64,000 bases of DNA, taken from positions 96,001-160,000 of the IMG/VR virus record IMGVR_UViG_3300025288_000012; one strand, 5' to 3'. Source of the stretch: a virus. A program made the position numbers and the translations under genes. The notes beneath the pieces are model-generated. The model saw only the letters and a list, made by a program, of their open reading frames with translations, had not been told where the DNA came from and did not search any database. Each line of letters begins with the position of its first letter. The stretch's first letter is position 1. This document shows, piece by piece, positions 27,389 to 36,572 of this stretch.

Positions 27389-29228
27389 CATAAACCGAAA
27401 GCCTCAAATTCGATCTGCTCCTCAGCCAGGTAAAAAGTCGACACTTGGCTCTACCTCCAGGCAGAAGTCTGAGTCAGGTAGAATGGAGTCGTTGAGCACA
27501 ATGAGCCCCACAGGCATGCAGAACACGACAGTGTCTTCAAACCCACTGTCTGTTGACTTGTCTCCTATGCTTACAGGCTTTGCCCCGCAGAAAGAAAGTC
27601 AGATGTTCTACCAGTTGTATCGTGACATGTACTACAACGATGCAATTTGTGGGTCAACAGTTGACCTAATGTCCTCAATGCCGTTCAGTGAGTACAGCCT
27701 TGGTGGCGTAAAGGATCTTGGGATCCTTAGGGCGTACACTGAGACGCTTGAGAGACTTAGCCTGCGGTCAATGTTCCCCGAGATTTCTGTTGACTACTTG
27801 GTATTGGGTGTGCACTGCTCTTCGCTTCTGTACTCCAAGGAGCGCAAGGTCTTCATCGACACTATGCCCCATGCTGTGGAAAACATGACTGTGCAGACGC
27901 TGCCCTTCTACAGCCAGGACCCTCTCATAACGGTTAAGTTTCCAAGAGAAGTCCAAAACCTGTTCGCTCCGAAGTCCGGTGAATCCAATAGCCGGATAGA
28001 GCGGTTGCGTTCGCTAGTTGGTAATACTGTCATAGAGAAGATAGCCTCAGGTTCGTTGGAGCTCGACCCACTGAGTACGTTGTATCTTCCGCGTAAGTCA
28101 TTCACTAACACCGACTTTGGAACCTCGTATTTCCGTCGAGTGCTGCCTATATACCTTATAGAAAAGAACCTGTACCGTGGTACGCTAATTGAGTCTGCTA
28201 GGCGTCAACGTGGCATTCTCCACCTTACACTGGGTGACGGTGACACGTGGGAACCTACTATCGCCGATATGGAGTACATGACTGAACTGTTCATGAACGC
28301 TGACAGTGACCCTCTAGGTGCGATAATTGCCACCCGTATGGGTGTTGAGGTTGGTGAACTACGTTCAGGTGGTGAGTTCTGGAAAGTTACTGACTTCGCT
28401 GACTCAGTAGTGTCATACAAGCTCAGAGCACTAGGTGTAAGCGAATCCTTCCTTTCTGGTGATGCCTCGTACAACACTGCCGACAATGGCCTATCTGTGT
28501 TCATCGACCAGATACGGTCTTATCGGGAGATGATGACCCGTAAGCTGTTCTATGATAAGCTGTTCCCACTTGTTGCACTTATCAATGGGTACACACTGAA
28601 CTCTAAAGGTAAGATATCAATCAAGGAGAATTTGCTTGATACGTTGTCTCCTGAAGAGGCTTTGTTCACACTGAACGATGGCTCTAGACTTTTGATACCT
28701 CAAGTGTCTTGGGCTAAAAACCTGAAACCTGAAGGTGACTCGCAGTACATGGAAGTTCTAACCACTCTGGCCGACAAGGGTATTCCTGTACCATTGCGTG
28801 TTCTTGCTGCTGCAGGTGGCCTGAACTTGGAAGAACTAATTCGCCAGAAGGAAGATGACCTTCAGAATCGCAAGTTGCTGTCGGAGTATTCAAAGCTCAT
28901 TGCAGATCTTAGCCCAAAGCCTGCTGAAGGAGGGGACGAAGAAATGGAAGCCTCTGCCACTGCATTGGCTTCAGCGCTTGCTTCCGTAGCACCTGGTCGT
29001 AGGACGAAGTCGGCACTGCTAGCTAGCGGAGGAAGAGTCCCACTGTTGTCTAGAGAGTTTGGTGAGACCGGCGAAATCAAGGACAAGTCAAAGACTGGTA
29101 AGTCCAAGTTCGTTCGGGATCAAAAATCTGCCAACGACCGCATCAACCGTAACATCGCAAAAGCTTTGAGAAACGCAAACTCCAATGGTAAATTTGGAGT
29201 ACAGACTGTACAAAGGAAATCACCGTGA
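27381..29228 (+). CDS. probable portal protein
   Basis: About 600-aa ORF directly downstream of terL and upstream of head genes. Assignment rests mainly on position and size. Confidence 0.6.
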   Translation: MFSINRKPQIRSAPQPGKKSTLGSTSRQKSESGRMESLSTMSPTGMQNTTVSSNPLSVDLSPMLTGFAPQKESQMFYQLYRDMYYNDAICGSTVDLMSSMPFSEYSLGGVKDLGILRAYTETLERLSLRSMFPEISVDYLVLGVHCSSLLYSKERKVFIDTMPHAVENMTVQTLPFYSQDPLITVKFPREVQNLFAPKSGESNSRIERLRSLVGNTVIEKIASGSLELDPLSTLYLPRKSFTNTDFGTSYFRRVLPIYLIEKNLYRGTLIESARRQRGILHLTLGDGDTWEPTIADMEYMTELFMNADSDPLGAIIATRMGVEVGELRSGGEFWKVTDFADSVVSYKLRALGVSESFLSGDASYNTADNGLSVFIDQIRSYREMMTRKLFYDKLFPLVALINGYTLNSKGKISIKENLLDTLSPEEALFTLNDGSRLLIPQVSWAKNLKPEGDSQYMEVLTTLADKGIPVPLRVLAAAGGLNLEELIRQKEDDLQNRKLLSEYSKLIADLSPKPAEGGDEEMEASATALASALASVAPGRRTKSALLASGGRVPLLSREFGETGEIKDKSKTGKSKFVRDQKSANDRINRNIAKALRNANSNGKFGVQTVQRKSP

Positions 29229-29398
29229 AACTAAAGCTTGTCATTTCAATCTCCGCCGAAGACAAGGCGCGTATGGAAAAAATTGATCCTACCTCTACCG
29301 AGCAAGTTGAAGCACCTTCACTTGAAGTTGTTGCATCTTCAAGAAAAGTCCTTCGTAGGAATAGAGGGTACAAACCAAGCTTCAAGCGTGCCCCATGA
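29225..29398 (+). CDS. 57-aa ORF missed by the ORF track (MKLKLVISISAEDK...), carrying the shared N-terminal motif
   Basis: AAAGGA RBS. GTG overlaps the portal stop (GTGA) and its stop overlaps the next ATG (ATGA). Confidence 0.7.
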   Translation: MKLKLVISISAEDKARMEKIDPTSTEQVEAPSLEVVASSRKVLRRNRGYKPSFKRAP

Positions 29399-30237
29399 TT
29401 ATCCAGGAGAAGGTCCTTCGCATGTACGCGGCTGCACGAGGGATGCGAATCAAGAATGCAGCTAGTTCAATAACGCTGCGTACTGGCGATAAGTTCTTTC
29501 TTGTTAGGTCAGCTACTGCTACTTACGTCTCGCTTGACGAAGAGCTGAAACCAAAGTTCAAGCTGGGTGAGTATGCGCTTCAGAAGCTTGAGACAAATTC
29601 AAAGAAGGTAGCAGTAAGATCAAAGGATCCAAAGCTACCTGATGCAGAAGTAGAGATAACTAAGCTGAAACTTGCTCCCAGGTCTAAAAAGCCTGGGATT
29701 CCCTTATCTGTGCTAAAAGAGCGTATTGACAAGGCTATTACTGCACCACCTTATGAGATAGTTTTAGCTCCTCCGGCTCCTTTCTTTACGCCTCGACAGT
29801 TGAAGAAGTTTTGGTCCACTAACAAGGCGAAGTTGCAAATGGGGTTCCGTAAGTCGTTACTTCGTGTCCTAGAAGGTAGGCCAGACGATAGCGCGAGTAA
29901 GATTGAAGTTAAGTTGACAGAGTCGTCTGTCAACGTACAGGCTACTATCTCACTTCCTGGTGATCGTTATGCCATGCTGCGGTATAATGCTACAGCAAAC
30001 GGTAAGTTCCTAGTTATCTTCGCGTCAGTGTCAGTAGAGTCCATTACGAAGAAGCCAGAGCTGGTCTTTAGAACACCTGCTGTTAAAGCCTTCTTCTCTG
30101 AATACTTAAAGATGAAGCCTAAGCTGACTAAGTCCTTCGGTCTCCCAGACGGTGCCACTACTGGTCCTTTCATGATGACCAGCAACGTACTTACACCCTA
30201 CCCTGCAAGGACACGATACTTCGTGACCCGCGTATGA
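29395..30237 (+). CDS. basic hypothetical protein
   Basis: 280-aa Lys-rich ORF coupled to neighbours at both ends. Confidence 0.75.
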   Translation: MIIQEKVLRMYAAARGMRIKNAASSITLRTGDKFFLVRSATATYVSLDEELKPKFKLGEYALQKLETNSKKVAVRSKDPKLPDAEVEITKLKLAPRSKKPGIPLSVLKERIDKAITAPPYEIVLAPPAPFFTPRQLKKFWSTNKAKLQMGFRKSLLRVLEGRPDDSASKIEVKLTESSVNVQATISLPGDRYAMLRYNATANGKFLVIFASVSVESITKKPELVFRTPAVKAFFSEYLKMKPKLTKSFGLPDGATTGPFMMTSNVLTPYPARTRYFVTRV

Positions 30238-30389
30238 TCTACTGTCTGTGCGTACCTCAATACGTACCAGCACCCGAGATACGGTATGTGCCAGTTTCGG
30301 GACCAGTTCCATATTTTGTACCAACACCAGTCGAGGAAATTCCCGGTGTTAAGGTTCCCACAATGTACATCGAAAGTCGCTCCATATGA
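30234..30389 (+). CDS. 51-aa Pro/Val/Tyr-rich ORF missed by the ORF track (MIYCLCVPQYVPAPEIRYVPVSGPVPY...)
   Basis: ATGA overlaps with both the upstream stop and the ligase start, filling the gap exactly. Confidence 0.55.
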   Translation: MIYCLCVPQYVPAPEIRYVPVSGPVPYFVPTPVEEIPGVKVPTMYIESRSI

Positions 30390-32365
30390 AACTCATGATA
30401 GCTTTGGACCAGGTTAGTCAGTCTGCCGCTGTTAAGCTTGACAAACGTGACGTAGCTCGTATCGAGAAGGACCCTGCTGGTCTTGCAGCACAGCTGTATC
30501 TTACTGACCTAGTAGGCATACTCAAGCAGTGCTCTGATCGTTACTACAATGACGGTACTAGCCTGTTGTCAGACAGGGCGTTTGACGCACTAAAGGACGA
30601 GCTGCAGGTAAGAAATCCTGCGCATCCCTTCCTGAATCAAATTGGCGCCCCAGTTGCCAAAGGAAGTCGGAAGGTACCACTACCTTATGCGCTGTTTAGT
30701 CTGGACAAGGTGAAAGCTGATACCGTAGCAAAGTGGACTACCCCTAAGAAGGGTCCTTACGTAGTTTCGGACAAGGAAGACGGGAACTCCTTAGAAATAG
30801 TGTACAAGTCTGGAGGTGTGAGCATCTACACCCGAGGTGATGGAGTTAAAGGGCAGGACGTTACCTTCCTTGCTCCTCATTTGGACATTCCTCAGGCTAT
30901 ACCATCAGGAAAAGTTCTTGCAGTTCGTGCAGAGGCCATAATTCCCAATGCCGCGTTCAAGAAATACTTCACAGGTGCATACCGCAACCCTCGCAATCTT
31001 GTTGCGGGTGCTATGAACAAACGTTCCGTACACGAGTCCCTACCGCACATACACGTCATTGCCTACGAGATCATAGAGCCTCGTATGAAGCCTTCGGCAG
31101 CATTAGCGAAGCTGAAACAATATGGATTCAACGTGGTACCTTACAAGGTGTACAACACACTAAGTGTTGCCATGCTAAGTAAGCTCCTGGCCACTCGCAA
31201 GGCACGTTCTAAGTACGACATTGACGGACTTGTTATTGAACAAGACCAGCTGAACCGTAGGCCTAGTGCAGGCAACAATCCAGGCTACGCAGTCGCGTTC
31301 AAAGAAGCCGATGAAAACCAGATGCACGACACCAAGGTAATTGAAGTGCAGTGGGAAGCCTCAAAGCTTGGAGCACTAAAGCCCGTCCTACGCATCCAAC
31401 CTGTAGAGCTTCCGGGCAACACAATAAACTACGTTACTGGTCACAACGCCTTCTTCATTGAGCATGGATACCGCAGCAAAGACAAGCTGAAGGGAATGCC
31501 CGTTAAACCGATCGGTCCAGGTGCGGTAGTAAAGATCATTCGTAGTGGTGACGTTATACCCCACGTGGTAGAGGTAGTAAAGGGTTGTACCAAGCCTCAG
31601 ATGCCCGACGAGCCATACAAGTATGGTCGCACTGGCATAGACATATACCAGACAGTGACCTCTGATCTAACCAAAGAGAAGCTCATAACTTCGTTCTTCG
31701 TTACAGTAGGTGTGGAGTACATGAAGCTCAACACTGTGCAGAAGCTAGTTCAGAACGGTTTCAATAGCATACCGAAGATCCTTCGTGCTAAAGCAGCCGA
31801 CTTCCTAGTCATACCTGGTTTCAAAGCCACGTTAGCGAACAAGCTTTACGCTGCCATTCAAGCAAAGACACGCGAAGTAGAACTCCACACCTTGATGGAT
31901 GCCTCAGGTGTGTTCGGTGCAGGTCTAGGAGAGAAGCGGCTAAAGCCTCTTATAGAGACCTTCCCCAATATTCTGACCTGGGTTAATCTAAAGCCTTCCT
32001 ATATAGAAGAGCGAGTTAAGACCGTTCGAGGTTTTAACCAGACTGCAGCACAGTTCGCCGTTGGATTCCCGAAGTTTCTGAAATGGCTTGCCACTACTCG
32101 TATCAAGCCTATACTGCCCGCAAAGATCAAAAAGACAGGCACTATCCTGCAAGGTCACACCGTAGTATTCACGGGAATCCGTGTTCCTGACCTGGAAACA
32201 ACCATAATTTCTAATGGTGGAAAGATAGGGTCTGGCGTCAATTCTACGACGACTATTCTGATAGCCAAAGATCCTAATGAGAACAGTGCCAAGCTTAGAA
32301 AAGCAGCTGACCTAGGGATATCCATCATGACCGTGGATAAGTTCAAATCGAAGTTTAAGGTGTAA
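30386..32365 (+). CDS. ligA: NAD+-dependent DNA ligase (Ia, adenylation, OB, HhH and BRCT domains; no Zn finger)
   Basis: Domain Ia YYNDGTSLLSDRAFDAL, motif I KEDG, YTRGDG, RNPRNLVAG, DIDGLVI, IIRSGDVIP and BRCT TVVFTG. No CPxC after the OB fold. Confidence 0.93.
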   Translation: MKLMIALDQVSQSAAVKLDKRDVARIEKDPAGLAAQLYLTDLVGILKQCSDRYYNDGTSLLSDRAFDALKDELQVRNPAHPFLNQIGAPVAKGSRKVPLPYALFSLDKVKADTVAKWTTPKKGPYVVSDKEDGNSLEIVYKSGGVSIYTRGDGVKGQDVTFLAPHLDIPQAIPSGKVLAVRAEAIIPNAAFKKYFTGAYRNPRNLVAGAMNKRSVHESLPHIHVIAYEIIEPRMKPSAALAKLKQYGFNVVPYKVYNTLSVAMLSKLLATRKARSKYDIDGLVIEQDQLNRRPSAGNNPGYAVAFKEADENQMHDTKVIEVQWEASKLGALKPVLRIQPVELPGNTINYVTGHNAFFIEHGYRSKDKLKGMPVKPIGPGAVVKIIRSGDVIPHVVEVVKGCTKPQMPDEPYKYGRTGIDIYQTVTSDLTKEKLITSFFVTVGVEYMKLNTVQKLVQNGFNSIPKILRAKAADFLVIPGFKATLANKLYAAIQAKTREVELHTLMDASGVFGAGLGEKRLKPLIETFPNILTWVNLKPSYIEERVKTVRGFNQTAAQFAVGFPKFLKWLATTRIKPILPAKIKKTGTILQGHTVVFTGIRVPDLETTIISNGGKIGSGVNSTTTILIAKDPNENSAKLRKAADLGISIMTVDKFKSKFKV

Positions 32366-32367
32366 CC

Positions 32368-32931
32368 ATGAAAATCAAAGTGTTCATGTCAACTTCTGAG
32401 GAAATGACACTAGCTAGTGCATACCGCAAGTTTTTAGCGGCTAGTAAGCTTGCTGCTGGTGCTCTTAAAAGCCCTACATTGGCAGACCAGTACCATGTAG
32501 CGATAGTGAGAGACCTATACCATTTCTTGACTGACAACGACTTTACCTGTGATGTTCTGCTGGGAATGGGGTTCAAGAAACCTCTGGTAAATGCAGCCAA
32601 GAGCATAACGGAAGACCTTGAGGATCATGGCTACTCTGTAGTTGCGGACCACTTGGAACACGCTGTGGTGAAGGTCAATCAGCTCATTATTGACCCTTCG
32701 TATTCCCGACTGGGTACGTCGTATGAGACGCGGGATAACTACCCTGTACGTGACTTCTATAACTATTGGGAGTTAGTAAAGCCTATCAAGCACTTGCTTG
32801 ACTTGACCCCGCTGGCACTCGCAGACCGAATCAAAAACATGCAAGAACCAGCTCATGCCTCTACGCTTCTGAAGAGCAAAAAGAAGAAAGCTAAGCGTAC
32901 ACTAGTCATCAACATTCAGAAGTCAAACTAA
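32368..32931 (+). CDS. hypothetical protein with shared N-terminal motif (MKIKVFMSTS)
   Basis: 187-aa ORF 2 nt after the ligase stop. Confidence 0.75.
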   Translation: MKIKVFMSTSEEMTLASAYRKFLAASKLAAGALKSPTLADQYHVAIVRDLYHFLTDNDFTCDVLLGMGFKKPLVNAAKSITEDLEDHGYSVVADHLEHAVVKVNQLIIDPSYSRLGTSYETRDNYPVRDFYNYWELVKPIKHLLDLTPLALADRIKNMQEPAHASTLLKSKKKKAKRTLVINIQKSN

Positions 32932-32949
32932 TCATCATCCGAGGCTCGC

Positions 32950-34578
32950 ATGAAACTTTTCTTCAACAGTCTATCAGCGTCAGACGAAAGCGTAGATGCT
33001 TTCCTGTATGTACTTATAGTCATCATACTTGCGGTAAACAAGAACGACGTACAGGAGTTCACTAAAGGTCTTACGGCTAAAATGCACAAGGCAAATGACC
33101 TTCTGCGTCAGCACGGTGCTCACAAGTCTACCGTAAAGTACTTCAACAAGTTCCTTCTTACCAAGAGTCTTTCTGATGCCGAGGCTGCGGAACTGGGTAA
33201 GACACTGAAGACCTTCAAGGTGTCATTCACCCGTGACGTTTCTATTGACTTGTCCCACTTAGACTTGTTGAATGCTTGTATCCAGAACCTATCAACTGAT
33301 TCTGAAGCTGCATGGCGTAAGATAGAGCGAGATGTCAAGATCCTCAACAACGCTGACCTTACTTCGGTCTTCACAACTGAGTCAACCATTGAAGTACAGG
33401 GTATCACCTATATTACGGCAGCATCCCGGATAAAGCCGCTAGTAAAGAAACTCAGTGGTAAGCTGGACACAGTGTTCCTTACTATTGCAGAGGCTCAGGC
33501 AGCCCGAGCTGCTCAACCTGAAGTGTACGCGGAGTACACTAAGCTCCTTAAGGTTATAAACCAGACCGTCAAGCACGAGATCTTTACGTTTGTTCGCAAA
33601 AAGAAGCAATCACTTGTGGACGTAGACGTAGTACGGTCGCATCTCGAATCGCTGAAGATGCCAAACAACTTACCCCGGGGTTTCGTGGGTGGTCAAGTAG
33701 ACGAATCAGGCAAGTTCTACACGGCCGAAGGACGCATGCTGGACAAAGTCCCAAGTGGTATGGTTGTTATGAATCCAAAGTATGATCCTGCTACGGATAA
33801 CACTTATGCCTTCACCACCAGTGAAGGCATACGCTACCGTACTCAGACGTTCTTGTCTAACAACAAGAAGGCTCGGCACAGCGTAGTGCGCGAGTTCATG
33901 CAGAATGAAGAAGAGCATCGTACCAGGTGGCGCCTAGACCTGACGAAAAAAGGTTCCGAAGAACAGGTACTTGCAGCCATGGTTGAGCTACTCTACACAA
34001 CTTCTGCTCGTATTGGTGGAAAGGACAACGCTACTGCAGGTGAACCCACCTATGGTCTGAGTACCTTGCAAGTTGCATGGGTAAAGATGACCCCAACAAA
34101 GATAATCTTGGACTACACGGGAAAGAAACTGGCAAACCAGTACGTCGAGTACAAGGTTAACACACCGACTGCGAAGAAGGTGCAGGAGATCATCAGAGCT
34201 CAATTGGATCGTAAGACTCCCGAGTCCATGCTGTTTACGTTCAATCATCGCCATTTGAGCAGACAACGGGTCGCTGCCTACCTAAAGACATTGGGCATAC
34301 AGCTTACTCCTCACTCCTTCCGCCGCATTACAGGAACGAAACTAGCCGAGTCAATATTGGCCAAGGCTCCTTTCAAAGCTTCTGCTTATCCAAAGCAGGC
34401 TGAAGTTGAGAAGTGGTTCAAAGATGCCGCACTAAAGATCGGTGAAGCATTGCATCACCGTAGTGGGGAGAAGGTTACATCCGCTACTGCCATCAAGTCT
34501 TATATTGACCCACAAGTCATCGAAGACTATTTCGTCGGCCTAGGACTTCGTCGTCCCAAATGGCTACCCACCAAGTAA
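32950..34578 (+). CDS. type IB DNA topoisomerase-like protein (tyrosine-recombinase fold) with long N-terminal extension
   Basis: Catalytic pentad in order: SARIGG (Arg codon 34009), YGLSTL, YTGKK, LF..., VAAYLK, HSFRR, ALHH and KSYIDP (Tyr codon 34501). Spacing matches poxviral/bacterial Topo IB. Confidence 0.8.
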   Translation: MKLFFNSLSASDESVDAFLYVLIVIILAVNKNDVQEFTKGLTAKMHKANDLLRQHGAHKSTVKYFNKFLLTKSLSDAEAAELGKTLKTFKVSFTRDVSIDLSHLDLLNACIQNLSTDSEAAWRKIERDVKILNNADLTSVFTTESTIEVQGITYITAASRIKPLVKKLSGKLDTVFLTIAEAQAARAAQPEVYAEYTKLLKVINQTVKHEIFTFVRKKKQSLVDVDVVRSHLESLKMPNNLPRGFVGGQVDESGKFYTAEGRMLDKVPSGMVVMNPKYDPATDNTYAFTTSEGIRYRTQTFLSNNKKARHSVVREFMQNEEEHRTRWRLDLTKKGSEEQVLAAMVELLYTTSARIGGKDNATAGEPTYGLSTLQVAWVKMTPTKIILDYTGKKLANQYVEYKVNTPTAKKVQEIIRAQLDRKTPESMLFTFNHRHLSRQRVAAYLKTLGIQLTPHSFRRITGTKLAESILAKAPFKASAYPKQAEVEKWFKDAALKIGEALHHRSGEKVTSATAIKSYIDPQVIEDYFVGLGLRRPKWLPTK

Positions 34579-35042
34579 ATCTAAAGGAAATACCATGAAA
34601 GTCCTAGTTAGTTTGTCTACCTTTGTTTTTGCTATGAACGATCCTGATATAGAGGTAATGAAAAACCCAAAAGCAACCACAGCAGCGCTTATGAAGGGCA
34701 TTCAAAGCAAAAATCCCATGGTGAGAAGGGCAGTCATGCGAAACCCCAATGCAACTGCCGAAATCATATCCAAGGGCCTGACTGACCAGTACGCAGTAGT
34801 TCGTGCAGCTGCCTTTAAGAGTCCCAAGGTCACAGTTGCACAACTGCTCAAAGGCATTAAGGACAAGGACAAGGCCGTTCGTCTAGCCGTTGTTAGTAAC
34901 CCTAAAGCCACTACCGAGATTCTGGAGCAAGGTTCCACTGACAAGGGCGCACGAGTCAAAAAGGAGTCTTTGCAAAAGTTGAAAAGCACTAAAAAGTAAT
35001 CTTTGCCTACCCATCAAGTAAATCTAAAGGAAATACCATGAA
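34564..35042 (+). repeat. 36-bp direct repeats (34564-34599 and 35007-35042) flanking the LRV-repeat gene
   Basis: CTACCCA(C/T)CAAGTAAATCTAAAGGAAATACCATGAA, one mismatch. Confidence 0.9.
34595..34999 (+). CDS. LRV/HEAT-like repeat protein with shared N-terminal motif (MKVLVSLST)
   Basis: About four 24-aa repeats of the type NPxAT.ei...g..D....VR.A. Confidence 0.75.
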   Translation: MKVLVSLSTFVFAMNDPDIEVMKNPKATTAALMKGIQSKNPMVRRAVMRNPNATAEIISKGLTDQYAVVRAAAFKSPKVTVAQLLKGIKDKDKAVRLAVVSNPKATTEILEQGSTDKGARVKKESLQKLKSTKK

Positions 35043-35118
35043 GTCTGGACGCGGTGACTGGAAACGCCAGAAGAGCAAGCTCCTCTGATTGCAGCCACTC
35101 TTAACCTAAGGAACCCTC

Positions 35119-35340
35119 ATGAAAGCCATCATTCATACCAGTCTGTCCCGCAAGCGTTCGCACAAGTCTCCCCGGTCTAGCTTCATGTCTATGTTGATGA
35201 CCAAGCTGGGTGGAGACCCGGGTAACGCAATTGCCGACGCCTTCGTTAAACCTGATCCCGAGAAGTTCAAAGAACTGATGGAGGAAGTCGTGAACTCCAT
35301 GGCCAAGTCCATCGGTCGTACGCCGCCTAAGGTTGAATAA
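35119..35340 (+). CDS. small protein with shared N-terminal motif (MKAIIHTSLS)
   Basis: TAAGGA RBS, 73 aa. Confidence 0.7.
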   Translation: MKAIIHTSLSRKRSHKSPRSSFMSMLMTKLGGDPGNAIADAFVKPDPEKFKELMEEVVNSMAKSIGRTPPKVE

Positions 35341-35393
35341 GATGAAGAAGCACAATGATTTCAGTTAACCTTATATAACTTTTGGCCTGGGAC

Positions 35394-35675
35394 ATGAAAC
35401 TTTGGATTTCAACCTCTAGTGTGCAACTAATACCGAGCTCACCCTCGGTATTAACCTTGTTCCACGTACCCAAGTCCTTGCCGTTTCAAGGCTTGCCCTT
35501 CGTTGAAGGAGTAGCTGTATTTGTTCCCCACCAGGTGAACAAGAAGGTACCGGATCACGTCAAGAAGTTGCTCTTCAGCATAAAACCTATTGGCTGGGAC
35601 TACGCACCAGAGGGTTTGACACACCATCAGCTTCCTTACAATGCACGTCTGGGCGTTGTCGAGTTACCACCGTGA
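35394..35675 (+). CDS. hypothetical protein with shared N-terminal motif (MKLWISTSS)
   Basis: GGGA before ATG 35394. The motif match supports this start. Confidence 0.6.
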   Translation: MKLWISTSSVQLIPSSPSVLTLFHVPKSLPFQGLPFVEGVAVFVPHQVNKKVPDHVKKLLFSIKPIGWDYAPEGLTHHQLPYNARLGVVELPP

Positions 35676-36084
35676 AGAAGAAGCAGTAAGTCTTCTGGAA
35701 AAGAACGGGTTCAAGATCAATAAGGTCGAATTGACTGGTCCTCAGTTTCTTGAGCTTAACAAGCCACCAGTGTTTGACAAAGTACCTATTCAACCTGGTC
35801 AAGTAGTGCTGAATCCTAGACTACTGTACCCACGTGCTAGGTTCTTGTGGAGCGCTCACAACAAGAAATTCACTGAGTGGGAACGAACATTCGTTTACAA
35901 CATAGGTGGTCTTCTGAAGGCAGGTAGATCGTTGTCACCTAAGCAGCTCGAACATCTGAATAAGTTGTTCGACAAGTACAAGGTTGCATTAGATGCTGTT
36001 GCCTCAGATGCTCTTGACGCTAGTCTTAAGAAACTGGATCTCTCAAGAGAAGATCTTGCCAAACACCTGCACAAAAGGGTATAG
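35641..36084 (+). CDS. hypothetical protein
   Basis: 147-aa ORF overlapping the upstream ORF by 35 nt. Confidence 0.6.
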   Translation: MHVWALSSYHREEEAVSLLEKNGFKINKVELTGPQFLELNKPPVFDKVPIQPGQVVLNPRLLYPRARFLWSAHNKKFTEWERTFVYNIGGLLKAGRSLSPKQLEHLNKLFDKYKVALDAVASDALDASLKKLDLSREDLAKHLHKRV

Positions 36085-36174
36085 AAATCAAACTTCTACG
36101 TACTTCAAAGTTGTTTGACAAAGGCGTAGCAGCAAATAACATAATTTTTGACAATCGAAAACGTGGGAGTAACC

Positions 36175-36570
36175 ATGAAACTAAAGGTAGCACTGGCAAG
36201 CGTTGGCTTGCCCTCTCCAGAGGTTATGCGTATGTATAACCACATTGTGCCTAAAGGGTTTGAATTTCAACTCATTAACTTCGAGGATACAGTTGAAACT
36301 GGAGAGAACATTCGTGGTTACTTCTACATTAACAGCACTCCAACAGCAGAAGTACTTGGACTGGTGCAGAAAGTTATCATTGCCGCAAAGGCACTTGGCT
36401 TCACTACAGTTTCACGTAAGGTAGGCCTGAATCAGATACTGTACACCTGGTACAAGTCAGATATGGGTAAGTCGTATAGACTGGAACTGTGGCAAAATCT
36501 TAGACAGGATGGGTTGAGTGAACTAGCTCTGTCTCTCGAAGAGTACGTAACCAAACCAAAAGGTATCTAG
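36175..36570 (+). CDS. hypothetical protein with shared N-terminal motif (MKLKVALAS)
   Basis: GGGAG RBS before ATG 36175, downstream of TAATTTT. Confidence 0.7.
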   Translation: MKLKVALASVGLPSPEVMRMYNHIVPKGFEFQLINFEDTVETGENIRGYFYINSTPTAEVLGLVQKVIIAAKALGFTTVSRKVGLNQILYTWYKSDMGKSYRLELWQNLRQDGLSELALSLEEYVTKPKGI

Positions 36571-36572
36571 TC

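Noticed and set aside
8639-32365. gyrB, gyrA, dnaB and ligA as evidence of a bacterial chromosome or prophage
   Set aside because: All are divergent or truncated relative to cellular orthologues and sit in a one-strand, densely packed phage gene array. No integrase-att arrangement or housekeeping context is visible.
32950-34578. Integrase or protelomerase call for the tyrosine-nucleophile enzyme
   Set aside because: The motif context (RIG, YGLSTL, GK, SYIDP) fits Topo IB better, and no att site or long palindromic telomere target is visible in the window. Not fully excluded because of the HxxR motif.
35641-35675. Programmed frameshift joining ORFs 35394 and 35641
   Set aside because: No slippery heptamer is visible in the overlap. 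A simple gene overlap is sufficient.
5706-36122. GTTTGACAAA as a shared operator (5706 and 36113)
   Set aside because: It also occurs inside coding sequence (35772, encoding FDK) and is short enough to arise by chance. It has no matching -10 box.
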